Positions 25,101 through 35,272 of a DNA stretch of 64,000 nt are shown here, one piece after another (the first letter of the stretch is position 1; every line of letters begins with the position of its first letter). The notes beneath the pieces were generated by a model. It worked only from the letters and a program-made list of their open reading frames with translations. It was not told where the DNA came from and searched no databases. Origin of the DNA: a virus (lineage: Duplodnaviria > Caudoviricetes); IMG/VR virus record IMGVR_UViG_3300026187_000011, positions 14,344 to 78,343 of that record; one strand, written 5' to 3'. The translations under genes were made by a program, and so were the position numbers.

Positions 25101-28100
25101 CTCCGTCTAAATATGACTGCACCTTTACCTTGTCATCACGGATACGATTGCCAAGGTCACGATTTACCTTAGCCTCCCAATCTCTTGATTGTATTGTTTT
25201 CTCAACAAGAGTTTTGACAGCCCTGCGTGACTCATCATTAAGCTTTGTCTTATCTTTAACCCTTCCACTCTTGCGCATATCTTTCCACATTGCAGTAAAC
25301 GCTTCGGTCTCGTTTTCTGCATACTCAGGATGATTATCAAACCACCAAAAAATATCTTGATATAGTCCCGTGTAGAACGATGTTCCTGTTTCACCAACTG
25401 CCTTTGTTGCGTTTTGGTAGGCACGATTAAATTCTTTAGAGTATCTCATGGACTTAGAAATCAGGTCTCTGTAAAGAGCAACTGTTCTACTTGTCATCTG
25501 AGCCAATCTTTTTCCTTCGTAACCCAAGCGAGAGAATCTTTGATTCAAACTTTCCAAGCCTGCCATCCATGCACTTCTACGAGCAGCAGTCCATTGTTGC
25601 GTTACTGGAAGGGTGAGAGCAATCTCTGCTTGCTCGCGCATAATGTCGAACCATGGTTCATTCCTATAATCTGAGCCATGATTCCTGACCCACTCAAGGG
25701 TCTCTCTGTTTGCCTTAATGAACTCTTTTCTGTTCACGAGGTCGCCGTTTTGAAACTTCACTTCGAACACTTGGAATGATTTCCTATCGTACTCTCCCTT
25801 AGCATTCTTTCTCATGACGCGAATCTTACTTCCGTCACGAATATCAAAATCTTCAAGTTCCCCTAATGTGAACCTATACTTATCTGACCGAGCCTTAAGT
25901 GTTTCGTCTATAATTTTATTTATATTTACCTCGTTCTCGATACCCTTGACTGACTCCTCTAGCTCAATCACGCGCATCTTGGCATGCTTGATATGCTTAA
26001 TCTTTGTTTTAAGTCTGTCCTGAAATTTATTAGCTACCGCCTCTACTTCCTTTTTGGATTTGGCTTTCAGTATACTGTATCCTGCTTCAAGAAATTCTTT
26101 TTGCTCAACGCCCAATTTGTTTCTAGCAAGACGAAGCAATGACATAATGTCACCGCTATTCTTAATCGCATAAACAAGAGCAGTCCTGCGAAGTGCTGTC
26201 TGCTTGTCGTTGCCTTGGAACCCAGCAAGACCGGGCACAATTGCTGTCTCCACAAACCCATTTATTTCATCTAGTGATGACTCCTCCAAAACGCCAGGCT
26301 GATTAATTATCGCTACCATAGCATCACCAATCTCTTTATTTGTGACGCCCTGCATTTCCTTGAGGTCTGCCTGTGTTAATTCTGAGTTAGGCAGGTACTG
26401 TAAGTACTTTTCTAAACGCTCAAATGCCTTGGATGATTGGCTAGAAGCTGAGTCCGCTTGCCCTACAATCTTATCGCGTATCGCACTAGACAGACCCTCA
26501 ATGGATTCTAGTTGTCTTGTTTCTAGTGCCTTAAGTAGTTTCTTGTGACTAGCTACCTCTATTTGGTTTGCCTCGAGACTTGTTACTAGGTCGGCTATAG
26601 TATTTCTTGCATGCTCCCTTGTTCTCTCAATGTATGCAATTGCGTTACGAATACCATAAAGCTTTGCCACTCGGTTACGACCGGCATCTGTAATCTTTAC
26701 CGTTTTTACATCTATTTCAAAAGGCTGAAGGTTTTTACCAACTGCCTTCATTGCTGAGCTTACACTATGAGTACCGAACCCAAGTGCCATTTTGCCATAC
26801 TTATCTATAAAGCTATTAATATCTGCGCCAGGTAGTTTATCTACGCTTGCCTTGAATGCTTGAGTGAGTGCTGTTACTAATTCATTTATGCCTCCTGCGG
26901 TGGCCTCATGGTATACTCTAGCACTATCGTCAGGGCGAGGAATAGATTCCTTGTTTGCTGGGGACGGGTTTGATGAGGCTGAGAACGCACCTGTATAGGT
27001 ATCCGAAGCTTGCTTGATTGCAGTTAGCACATCAAAGACTTCGTCTTGCTTATTGACTAAATTAGGCATCTCCCGTGAGAGCCACCATCCTGGAGGCATT
27101 GACCATGCCGCACCGGGCTTAAATTTGTCATCCATTTGGTCCTGCAGCTTGCTCAACTTGGCATCATCTAGCTTAGCATCATCCTTTGCACCAAGCACAA
27201 CCTCTCCAAATTGGTCGCCTGTTGCCTCGATGTCATCTTGCAACAACCTCTCTTGAGTCCTCGAAGTGATTTCTCCAAAGTTCCAAAAATATAAAATATC
27301 TTTTAACCAATAAGTGTGGTCCGACTCAGTGGTTATACTTGCTTCCGCAAGGAACTCTTGAGGCGTGAGACTATCCATCGAGATTGGGTCAAGGTCGATA
27401 CTAGATAAGGCATCATGCAATGTGCTTAAAACACTATGTAGATAGAAGTACTGATGCTTGTCGTATGTATCACGCAGTTCATCGCTATACTGTCTCGCAA
27501 GGACTATATCTCTTGTCTTTGCGACTGCAGGAATAATCTTGTCTGTTAAATCACTAATCGTAAATGTTTCACCACCACCTGTAAATATAAACAGGGCCAT
27601 CATGATTCCTTCAGCAATTTCACTGTTTGAACCGCGAGGAAATCCTTCAATCTCATCTACCGCATGCTGTATCTCATGTATTAAAGTCCCGCGTACATTT
27701 GAGGCATTTTCTGCCAACTCTATCGTCGGCTCACTCCTCCAACCAGGAATACTTGGGTCCCAGGTTCCATTCCATGCTCCTACATAAGGACTACTACCAG
27801 GAGACTTTCTTATCCTAACTCTTTTAAGCTGTGGGTAAGCCTTGAATAATTCGGGATGCTCAAGGATGTCGCCTAAATATGCGTCTTCGGGAACTACAAA
27901 CCCATTAATAGAATCCTTCATTGGCAACTTCACCTCGTCGCCCTCTTTTATTAACCCTCTATCAAAAGCTTCTTTTACAAGTGGATTCGAGTTAATAATC
28001 CGAGCGGTGGCTTTGGTTACTAGCTTGGCATCCCTGTCGTAAATATGCTTACGTCTAGTGCCATCTAGCCATTTAAACTCTAATAAGTTCTCTCGTACTT

Positions 28101-31100
28101 TTTGCCCAGGCTCAATCTGCCTGTTAGGTCCTGCAAATATATCCAATGTAGATATGCCACGCACATTTACTGCATTAATGGCATTACCCATAGCGCCTAA
28201 TCTGTCAGCCCTAGAGATAACTTGGTTGAGCGTCTTCTCTGCATAAGCAAGCATCTCAGGTTCTTGGCTTGCACGCTCACTCACCCCTAGGAGTTTTGCC
28301 AATAAATTAACAACCCAATCCCATGCTGTACGAATCTTGGACTTTGGTCGTATGCCAAGTGCTTTTCTTTCTTCGTTTGTCAGTTTATACTCACGAAGAA
28401 ATGAGCGTAATCGGTAGTCACTACCTACCTCGGAAAGAAATTCATCAGGTGATGATAATCCATATATCATGTCCGCCCCACCACTCTTGCGGAGCATAGG
28501 AAGCAATACATCCTGAATATGACTATACATCTTGCCATACTCTTCGCCGAAAGATTTATCTTTCAGTTCGGAAATCGCCTGCGTGTTGTTCGTACTAAAG
28601 GCATAACCAACATCAAGGAATATCTTGGTTGGCACATGGATTGCCTCATGAACAATAGAGGTCACAAGGTTCTCCATTGATGTTCCGGAACCATCCCCGA
28701 ATACATCAGACACCCATATCTCATCACGACCAAACATATACTGAGCAGCTGAGTAGCCATACTCATTGGTGGATGCCACACGACTATACTTCTCCCATGG
28801 CACAAATCGTATCTTTGTATTCTTTAGTGCCTTGTTTGCTTTGAGTTTTCGAACTATGTATCCAATCGCTTTCTCCTCACGGAAGCTTGTTCCTGACTCA
28901 ATAATTTCCAGTATTCTTTCAAATCCTACAATAGCTGAGAATGGTACATCTATCTGTCCACCATCAAGAAAGTTACTAATTGCCAACTGATTGTCAGCAA
29001 GTTGTTCATCCATCCCCATTTCAGTGAGAGGATTTCCTGACTTTCTAACAGCAATACTTCTTCGCTCTCTTGCTATTCGGTCGGCATCCTGTGCTGATTT
29101 TTCATCAAATACTAATGGTGCAGATTCCTCAACCTGTCCTGTGGCAGGACTCATCATGCCAACATGTCGAATCCTTTGGTCTAGTGTGGTTACGCTCTCC
29201 TGCGTTCTGACTGCAATAGATACCTGGTCAGCAAGTGCATTATAGTATGGGTCGTCTAGGAAACTCATACCATCATGAAACCCTACGAACTCAGATAATG
29301 TCTGAGCAAATTCAGATAGTAACATCCCGTCCTCTACCACGGTGTCCTGCATCTTTACTTCAGGCTTTGCCTTGACTGACTTAATACTATTTAGCCTGTC
29401 AGCAAGTTTCTCTATCTTTGTTTGAAGCTCTTGTATTTTCTTTTGGTCAATCTCTATCTCAGTAGCACGTTTTGACGGGCGGGTATCTCCTGTCTCTTCT
29501 CTTCTGCTTCCTTTCGCTAGATACACCTTCCGTGGAGTGTCTGAGAAAGATTCTTTTTGGTACTTACTTCTTTTGCCAGTTTTTCTGAGATTTTCCACAC
29601 CCGTGCGGAGCCTCTTTATAATCTTCGTCTCCCTGTTTATCTCATCAATAAGCTTCTGCCTTTGTGTCTCCTTCGTGGTTTCATCAAACTCTACCTCTTT
29701 TTCAATTACATTAGTGTCCTCAAGCTCGACCACATAAGACTCAGGTATCCATGCTTCTTTTAAGAAATTGCTAGCAATATCCCACTTAGCTAAATCGTCC
29801 TCCGATATTACTTTCTCACCAATCTCTCGGAGTGTATCATCTATAAATCCGACTAACGCCTTTGCGTCTGATGTCGCCATGAACCCACCCTCAAATGGAG
29901 TGCCGTCATTCTTAACCCTCGCTCCATTAGATTTATCTTTTAAAACCTCTTCATTTACAGGGTACTTCCTGCCCTTATTGAGTGGCTCCTGTAGTATCTC
30001 GGAGTACTCTATCTTCTCAATGATGCTATCTACATCTTCCTCTGTAAAGTCTGCAGAATACAATGCGTCACGAAGGTCTAACCCAAATTCCCTGTGTAAA
30101 TAATTAACTGCACCTAAGTCACTATCTCTAGACCGGTTAACATTATCTACTTCTAGTCTGTTTCTAATCTTCTTGCGAACCTCAGGCACAGGGTTCTTTT
30201 TTATTGGCCGAGTTTTTGCAGTAAGTGTATCACGAATCTTTTCTAAATTATTAAGAAAGTTATCCCTGATGTTGTAGTTTTTGTTATTTAATCGAGGAGT
30301 AAGTAGGGTGTCTTCGAATATTGCTTTTGTTTTAGCCTTAGGCTTTTCGCCCGCCAGTTCTGATTCGGTCTCCTCGGCTTTATCAGCAATTGTTGTTTGA
30401 GGTCTTGTGTAGTATCGAGATATCAACTCTTGGCTAGCTAGCTCTCGATATAAATCCTTCAGTATTGTCGTAAGCTGATTCTCGTATGCCGTCTTTACTG
30501 CATTAGGAGTATCCTGACTTATGAATAGTCGCTGTGCTGCGTCTTCAATATTATTTAAATCTATCTCAGCAAACGAACGAATATCATCTCTTAGATAGTC
30601 AGGAATCTGTGCTAAAGTAAGAGTTAAGTCTCTCGGGTTTGCGAACAACTTGTGGAACTGAACTGTGCCTCCAGTTAATTCCTGTTCTGATGAAGAGCTG
30701 AGGTAGTCTTTTGCTGAACCCACATCTCTCTCAGTTTCCTGCAGTCCCATGGATTCAGTTGTGTCCTCGTCTGCTTGCTTCTCAAGTTCACCCTGTGCAT
30801 CTTGTCTGCCTAAATCTACAAATTCTCCTCCCGATTGAAATGTGGGAACCTCAATACTTTGAGCTGCTTTTAATGCAGCCTTTACAATTGGTAAATCAAA
30901 CGGAGTGGTGTGTGGTGTTCCGGGTCCCCACTCAAGTGGTTCGTATCCTTGGGCACCTGCCGCACGTTGCAGAATATCATATATGCTGTGCTTTTTGTCA
31001 TCAAAGGTGAACTCCTTGTCATAAACTTTTTCTTTTGTTTCAAACGAGCGAACAACATCCTCCATATCATTATTCGCAAACGCAATAAATGCTTGGGTAT

Positions 31101-34100
31101 ATGCATCTATGGCATCCGTGTTACCCCCTGCCTGTGAAACTAAATAGTCCAGCCTTTCCTTGTTGGAAACAAACATAGGGGCGTTTTGTAAAGATGGGTC
31201 TATTGCTCTACCATCTTCAGTTAAATAATCAGACCCAAGGAGTGGCTCAACCTCCTTAAGGTATTTGTCTAATTTTTCTTTACCCTCTCCTTCAAGATAC
31301 GCTTGTGCCTTTTCTGAGTCCTTGAAGAGCCCGTACCATTTCTTACTAGATGATAACTGCATGCTAGTCTGAAAGGCAGGATGGCTCTCCAGTTCTTTTA
31401 TATCATCAAATAAAGCATCGAGCTTGCTAGCTTCGTAATCCACCGCATCTCGCTGAGTAGTTATTTTTCCAAGTAATCGGTAACCCTCTAGCGGGGTGGC
31501 GTCAATCTTGCCTGATTTCCCCTTACCATAAAGTGGTCTCCACCCAGGACTTTTGCCTTTCGCTCCGACTCGCAAGCTATCGTAAACCTTCAGGACATCC
31601 CTTCCATCCATCTTGGCTTTTTTTGCCGTCAGTACTCGGACTTGACCTGACTGCACGTCGTCGTGGTCATTGTTGACTTTCTCAACAACGACAAGGACAC
31701 GATTCCCAGGTGTTTTTACTTCCGCCTTTTTCTTTCCTTTGCCCGTTGTTTTTGTTGAGCTCTTCTCTCTGTCAGACAAACCTTCCCAGTTTCCCCCGAC
31801 TAATGAACCATCATTTTCTAGGGCATCTTGCATGCCTTCAGTAATATCAAACTCTCCAACAAATCGGGGAGGCATTTCTCCCTTTGGTAAGTTTATTTTT
31901 TTAGGAGCTTCCTCTGTGTTACTTATTTCATCTAGTAACTCTTCATTCGACTTTTCTTCGTCTAGCTTTTCTTGCTGTTGTAATTGTTGCTCCTTTGCTC
32001 TGTCATTTGCGATTTTGGACGCACGCTCCTGAATAAGTCTTTCAGTCTCTGCTTCAAAATCTGCAGCAGCGCCCATGCTTTCATTAATATCATCTAATGA
32101 TGGTTGAAGTTTTTCTGCCCAACTAAGTGCTTTTATTAACTTCTCTGCACGTGGCGGAGTCACAGGGTTAATTACTGGCGTATTATCAGATTTGTTTCTG
32201 TTGACCCTTAGTTCACCATTTTCTTCTATGACATCAAATCCTAGACCCTCCAAGAATGGTGCCAATTCAGTGTCAATCCCCTGGTGAAGATTACTAATTG
32301 CCACATTTCTTAAGACTTCTAGCTCTTTCTCGATATTTAGTTTTTCAAGCTTTTCTGCATCGATAAAATCAAAACCTAATTCAGGAGCATCTGCAGTTTC
32401 ATTAACCGATTGAATCTTTCTGTATAAATTAGCACCAGCTTTCTGAGATTCATTTAAATTTAATTCTTCTCTCTCCGGCTCTTCATACTTTCTTTCTGTG
32501 ATTACTTCGTCCCTTGCTTGTCGAAGGTCTTCTTCTGTCGGTGCTTTCGGGGTGTTATTTTTTGGTACAGTTTGAACTTTCTTTTTTGCTCTTGGTACCC
32601 TGAGTTTCTTTGGCTCAACGCCAACCCCATTCTCCTCAAACAGAACTTTATTATCAGCTGTAAATCCGTAGATTATCGCCTCATCATCCCCTATGGCAAC
32701 CGTGTCACCAATGGTGGCTCCCTTCAATCTGTTCTTTATAATGTCCGCGCGGTCATCAAGTATCTTCTGTCTGCGAGAATCTTCGATTTCTATATCCTGC
32801 TTTGTCTCACCCTGCCAAACACCATTCTCATTAGTAACACCTGCTTGATATAGGTATTGTCTAATCTTCTTGTTCTTAAATTTTTTATAGGTGGCACCTG
32901 ACATACCTCCTGCTTTGAGAATAACCTCATGGTTGGAGTTGGATTTACGGAAACTGCCCGCCTCGGCTTGCTTTTTAAGCTCCTTGTAGACCTCCTCTAT
33001 ATCAGCTTTTTCTTTCTGCGTAATACCACCAACCTCATATCCATCTTCTGCAAATGTAAATGTGGCAGGTTTGTTATTTTGTTCTTCGGGCGGTTGTTCT
33101 ACTTCTGTTTGCTTATCTATTTCCTCAAGTGCTTTCTGCTCCTCCATCTGTGCAGACTTATCGCCTTGGTCAGCCCTTTCTTTTACTTCATCCAGTCGAC
33201 GATTTAAATCTTCGATTGGGCGAAGCACAGGGGATAGTGTATCTTGGCTAATAGTTATTGGCTCATCCGAGCCTTCCGGTAATATCTCGACCTGTCCGTC
33301 CCCACGAATAGCACTAATCTTGCCCTTTACGCCCAAGAACTGCTCCACCTCATCTCCAACTGCGAAGTCAGATGTTTCCACCGCAAGTCTGTCCTTAAGT
33401 GTGGAGAGTCGCTCATCTATGTCTTGTGTGGTTTCTTCAGGTCCTCCTGAAATTTCATCACCTGTGTCAAGGTCTGCACCTTCAGTCTTTTTACCCCTCT
33501 GTATTGAACCCAAGGCACTGAATTGCGCGCCACCCAAAGCTCCCAATACACCTGCATCAATAAGTCTATTTATCTCATCAGCAGTTAGCTCTTCTCCCAT
33601 TTCTCCTCGAGCATACTTCTCTGCCGCCATGGAGATAAACTCTTGTGCCGCCTCGGTAGCACCCTCAAGAAAAACACCAGAGGGAAGGTTTAGTATAAGT
33701 CTCTTAAGATATGTTTCTGCAGGTTTTGCTCCTATTCCTAAAGTCTTATTAAGCAATGCTCCTGCAGATACAAAGTCCAGTCCGCCCGCCATTGCACCAA
33801 AGCTAACTGATAATGATTTCGCCTGGTCTTCGGGTATATAGTTCGGGTCCCTTGGGTCTAGCTTGGTATAGTCGTGTAACTCGGAGTATATCTCTCCGAC
33901 ATTCATGCCGAATGAACTACCTCCTAATGCTATGTTACTACCTACCTGCTGACCCCTTCTGCCTGCCTCCTCAAATTTAATTGCACCCTTAAATACTTCT
34001 TCTAGCTTATTGGGGTTAGTCTTTCTTACTACCTCTTTGAGTCTTTTCTTGGCGGCTTGCTTTGCTATTAAGTATCCACCACCTCCACCAAGGGCATATG

Positions 34101-34614
34101 AACCAGCTGCTTCTAGTACTGATGGCGTGGCTTCACCTAGTCCGCCCGCTAAAAACCTTGCTACTTCCGATGGATTGTCCCACCTGACATCTGTTGCACG
34201 CTCAATGGATGGCCCACCTCTTGCTGCTTCTGCCCTAAACTTAGCAGACTGCTCCATAAGGTAGTCTTCAGCAAAATCTAATCCCGCAACACCTGCTGCC
34301 ATTCCTCCGATTGCAGATGCACTTCCGAGTAGGCTTTGCCCTGACTTCTTGAACCCTGCGCCAAACTCTTTTACACCACCAAGTACACCTTCTCTCCCTC
34401 TCTCAGGAGCATTAATTACATCTAAGTATCTACTGGAGAAATCCGTACCATATGTATTAGCAATCTCCTCTGATGTACGACCTTGGTTCCTAAGGTCATC
34501 ACCCAAGAATCTTAGAATTTCTTCGTCGGTATATCCATCAACATTATATCCAGCATTTTGCGCCTGCTGTCTATAGTTGCGGATTACATGTCCCGCGGTA
34601 GTGTATTTTTCCAT
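22198..34614 (-). CDS. Giant polyvalent / internal virion protein (4138 aa) with zincin-like metallopeptidase motifs
   Basis: HEAIH (28636-28650) and HEIQH (27664-27678); WLDG..RK.IYD..AKL and LGDILEHPELFKAYPQL..GEITSR, typical of LPD23-linked peptidase modules; located at the end of the ejection gene block. Confidence 0.8.
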   Translation of the reverse strand: MEKYTTAGHVIRNYRQQAQNAGYNVDGYTDEEILRFLGDDLRNQGRTSEEIANTYGTDFSSRYLDVINAPERGREGVLGGVKEFGAGFKKSGQSLLGSASAIGGMAAGVAGLDFAEDYLMEQSAKFRAEAARGGPSIERATDVRWDNPSEVARFLAGGLGEATPSVLEAAGSYALGGGGGYLIAKQAAKKRLKEVVRKTNPNKLEEVFKGAIKFEEAGRRGQQVGSNIALGGSSFGMNVGEIYSELHDYTKLDPRDPNYIPEDQAKSLSVSFGAMAGGLDFVSAGALLNKTLGIGAKPAETYLKRLILNLPSGVFLEGATEAAQEFISMAAEKYARGEMGEELTADEINRLIDAGVLGALGGAQFSALGSIQRGKKTEGADLDTGDEISGGPEETTQDIDERLSTLKDRLAVETSDFAVGDEVEQFLGVKGKISAIRGDGQVEILPEGSDEPITISQDTLSPVLRPIEDLNRRLDEVKERADQGDKSAQMEEQKALEEIDKQTEVEQPPEEQNNKPATFTFAEDGYEVGGITQKEKADIEEVYKELKKQAEAGSFRKSNSNHEVILKAGGMSGATYKKFKNKKIRQYLYQAGVTNENGVWQGETKQDIEIEDSRRQKILDDRADIIKNRLKGATIGDTVAIGDDEAIIYGFTADNKVLFEENGVGVEPKKLRVPRAKKKVQTVPKNNTPKAPTEEDLRQARDEVITERKYEEPEREELNLNESQKAGANLYRKIQSVNETADAPELGFDFIDAEKLEKLNIEKELEVLRNVAISNLHQGIDTELAPFLEGLGFDVIEENGELRVNRNKSDNTPVINPVTPPRAEKLIKALSWAEKLQPSLDDINESMGAAADFEAETERLIQERASKIANDRAKEQQLQQQEKLDEEKSNEELLDEISNTEEAPKKINLPKGEMPPRFVGEFDITEGMQDALENDGSLVGGNWEGLSDREKSSTKTTGKGKKKAEVKTPGNRVLVVVEKVNNDHDDVQSGQVRVLTAKKAKMDGRDVLKVYDSLRVGAKGKSPGWRPLYGKGKSGKIDATPLEGYRLLGKITTQRDAVDYEASKLDALFDDIKELESHPAFQTSMQLSSSKKWYGLFKDSEKAQAYLEGEGKEKLDKYLKEVEPLLGSDYLTEDGRAIDPSLQNAPMFVSNKERLDYLVSQAGGNTDAIDAYTQAFIAFANNDMEDVVRSFETKEKVYDKEFTFDDKKHSIYDILQRAAGAQGYEPLEWGPGTPHTTPFDLPIVKAALKAAQSIEVPTFQSGGEFVDLGRQDAQGELEKQADEDTTESMGLQETERDVGSAKDYLSSSSEQELTGGTVQFHKLFANPRDLTLTLAQIPDYLRDDIRSFAEIDLNNIEDAAQRLFISQDTPNAVKTAYENQLTTILKDLYRELASQELISRYYTRPQTTIADKAEETESELAGEKPKAKTKAIFEDTLLTPRLNNKNYNIRDNFLNNLEKIRDTLTAKTRPIKKNPVPEVRKKIRNRLEVDNVNRSRDSDLGAVNYLHREFGLDLRDALYSADFTEEDVDSIIEKIEYSEILQEPLNKGRKYPVNEEVLKDKSNGARVKNDGTPFEGGFMATSDAKALVGFIDDTLREIGEKVISEDDLAKWDIASNFLKEAWIPESYVVELEDTNVIEKEVEFDETTKETQRQKLIDEINRETKIIKRLRTGVENLRKTGKRSKYQKESFSDTPRKVYLAKGSRREETGDTRPSKRATEIEIDQKKIQELQTKIEKLADRLNSIKSVKAKPEVKMQDTVVEDGMLLSEFAQTLSEFVGFHDGMSFLDDPYYNALADQVSIAVRTQESVTTLDQRIRHVGMMSPATGQVEESAPLVFDEKSAQDADRIARERRSIAVRKSGNPLTEMGMDEQLADNQLAISNFLDGGQIDVPFSAIVGFERILEIIESGTSFREEKAIGYIVRKLKANKALKNTKIRFVPWEKYSRVASTNEYGYSAAQYMFGRDEIWVSDVFGDGSGTSMENLVTSIVHEAIHVPTKIFLDVGYAFSTNNTQAISELKDKSFGEEYGKMYSHIQDVLLPMLRKSGGADMIYGLSSPDEFLSEVGSDYRLRSFLREYKLTNEERKALGIRPKSKIRTAWDWVVNLLAKLLGVSERASQEPEMLAYAEKTLNQVISRADRLGAMGNAINAVNVRGISTLDIFAGPNRQIEPGQKVRENLLEFKWLDGTRRKHIYDRDAKLVTKATARIINSNPLVKEAFDRGLIKEGDEVKLPMKDSINGFVVPEDAYLGDILEHPELFKAYPQLKRVRIRKSPGSSPYVGAWNGTWDPSIPGWRSEPTIELAENASNVRGTLIHEIQHAVDEIEGFPRGSNSEIAEGIMMALFIFTGGGETFTISDLTDKIIPAVAKTRDIVLARQYSDELRDTYDKHQYFYLHSVLSTLHDALSSIDLDPISMDSLTPQEFLAEASITTESDHTYWLKDILYFWNFGEITSRTQERLLQDDIEATGDQFGEVVLGAKDDAKLDDAKLSKLQDQMDDKFKPGAAWSMPPGWWLSREMPNLVNKQDEVFDVLTAIKQASDTYTGAFSASSNPSPANKESIPRPDDSARVYHEATAGGINELVTALTQAFKASVDKLPGADINSFIDKYGKMALGFGTHSVSSAMKAVGKNLQPFEIDVKTVKITDAGRNRVAKLYGIRNAIAYIERTREHARNTIADLVTSLEANQIEVASHKKLLKALETRQLESIEGLSSAIRDKIVGQADSASSQSSKAFERLEKYLQYLPNSELTQADLKEMQGVTNKEIGDAMVAIINQPGVLEESSLDEINGFVETAIVPGLAGFQGNDKQTALRRTALVYAIKNSGDIMSLLRLARNKLGVEQKEFLEAGYSILKAKSKKEVEAVANKFQDRLKTKIKHIKHAKMRVIELEESVKGIENEVNINKIIDETLKARSDKYRFTLGELEDFDIRDGSKIRVMRKNAKGEYDRKSFQVFEVKFQNGDLVNRKEFIKANRETLEWVRNHGSDYRNEPWFDIMREQAEIALTLPVTQQWTAARRSAWMAGLESLNQRFSRLGYEGKRLAQMTSRTVALYRDLISKSMRYSKEFNRAYQNATKAVGETGTSFYTGLYQDIFWWFDNHPEYAENETEAFTAMWKDMRKSGRVKDKTKLNDESRRAVKTLVEKTIQSRDWEAKVNRDLGNRIRDDKVKVQSYLDGEKSVDFYRMPLDMGYATLPRAINDSKVNSLVEYMEGKGWAENINNMAGFEMITMLHRNGEIDEMVGEIEDYFDEQVVQRFVNPHMDSMNRKSLFFGPQDKDGWGQELSNTYVGEKWRSSDGNVIKFMDAIYADYASMSSDLNNPQARADWYLSMFKQLHKRYRELANVSNDIKSRAETETRETEALKHVPRSLDARQVESRLPKEFFLYDMYDEVSTPIRMAMFSAASVFGRDGSKATEAFSGGRGELKKSYDLFRTVIAEATGEAPDKPNARYSKAVRKEAHRVLKDMGYDKPREKFDKIYNDSVAYGEMLTTFRHLKAYYGANNDAGPFKDARFLLELLGTQSLTVLNNPKSSFWQGMSLFEFPLAFRGANKMAAKGTAKALANFANQTFGGVAEALGMQLDRVGRYASSLNNTHFRMEEMELSLRDYLTQVGRGGDLMDPSNMKRYLRIIKGISTHHKKRGTRAPVDLMTAVTGIFPYVNNVVNHSVGVGAAYAYQDLVLKVARHIKNNGLRDFQEISADDLGMGQSSFEWIVGEKDGYVNANNMLVDAGAPTVSRMAFDYLDRLRSDPNAPVMSHEQILMVNQVAMNNMSGEGFNSKPAWLYTNPMMKYFAFFLGWPLGKMARDNKFIFRGDTDSVNSYAAFLKYLGLMSAIYLPVGLSFAFLIDWYDEEVLGKPNSLPPLTPWAMLPVVGPGIAMSDEQSSFFGLTSRMAKAGTPYGMGFDLMNSMMAKGDTYGGVQEFSLDSRIFAFSIIKNIYDSMGNWMHQGEFDWGNVGRPLTYAFGGNSALQAFDATNNLFDLDNFESRVADYIGVRASVKKTAFLMGMNLRGPSQGFGRPSKLSVNVKQMERAAYAGDEEDFNKQYEEALEAAREYLEDNPQMRGTPENIVLKRFKDRGLRSGITRHKIPDAEWEALLELMPSDQRAKVKRYEGNHQYFIQEMGLKEPEAGPTSMDELRRKALLGF

Positions 34615-34618
34615 TCAA

Positions 34619-35272
34619 TTAGAATAATGAGCGGAACAAATTAGGGAATGCAGCAAACATCTTTCTGTCATCTGCAAAATTAGTTGGGCCAAAAAGCCCT
34701 GATAACTGAGGAAAGAATGAAGGACTACGACTTGCTTCGGGTGCAGTCCCTGTTTCTAATGGCATATCTAATCCTTTAATGAATGATGGCAGAAACATGC
34801 CTCCCGCAGCCTGAGGCTCATTACCTTGAGCTATTTCACTAGGACTTTGCATTCCGCCTCCTGAAGATGGGGCGGGGCTAGGTGCTTGTACGGTTCCCAT
34901 TTGATTAAATATTCCACCTCCTGAAGTGGGAAGCTTATAGTCAGATACATCCATGGAATTAATTGCTGTGCCTAGTCCACTAAATATACCGCCGCCTGTT
35001 TTTGCAGGAGGAGCACTTGTATACTTGGGAGGTTCTATCGGTGCTAAAGGCTCCTTATCCGCCACCTCTTCTGCTACAGGTGCAGGCGCAAATACCCGAG
35101 CTGGTCCAGGTATCTTTGCCGTAGTGCCACTGAATAACCCCCCTCCGGAAGACTGCTCGGGCAGTTTTGCCTTAAAACCACTAAACAATCCTCCTCCGGT
35201 TGTTGGCGTTGGCGTTGAATTTGCGTAGTCTGATACTGAGTCAGACACCTTGCTAAGTATTCCTCCAAACAT
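34619..35272 (-). CDS. Low-complexity G/P/S-rich putative internal virion protein with GGG(L/I)F repeats
   Basis: GGGLFSG twice, GGGIFSG, GGGIFNQ. Confidence 0.7.
   Translation of the reverse strand: MFGGILSKVSDSVSDYANSTPTPTTGGGLFSGFKAKLPEQSSGGGLFSGTTAKIPGPARVFAPAPVAEEVADKEPLAPIEPPKYTSAPPAKTGGGIFSGLGTAINSMDVSDYKLPTSGGGIFNQMGTVQAPSPAPSSGGGMQSPSEIAQGNEPQAAGGMFLPSFIKGLDMPLETGTAPEASRSPSFFPQLSGLFGPTNFADDRKMFAAFPNLFRSLF

Noticed and set aside
32832-32839. Isolated TAGTAACA/TGTTACTA half-sites (also 15771, 40275)
   Set aside because: No partner arm, inside coding sequence, and consistent with chance 8-mers.
33062-33841. 259-aa + strand ORF
   Set aside because: Antisense shadow of the giant gene; Ser-rich composition typical of reverse-frame artefacts.
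22198-34614. Virion RNA polymerase (N4- or crAss-like) in the giant ORF
   Set aside because: I saw no DxDGD/DFDID or T7-type motif B signature; metallopeptidase motifs fit a polyvalent protein better. A profile search is needed to exclude it fully.
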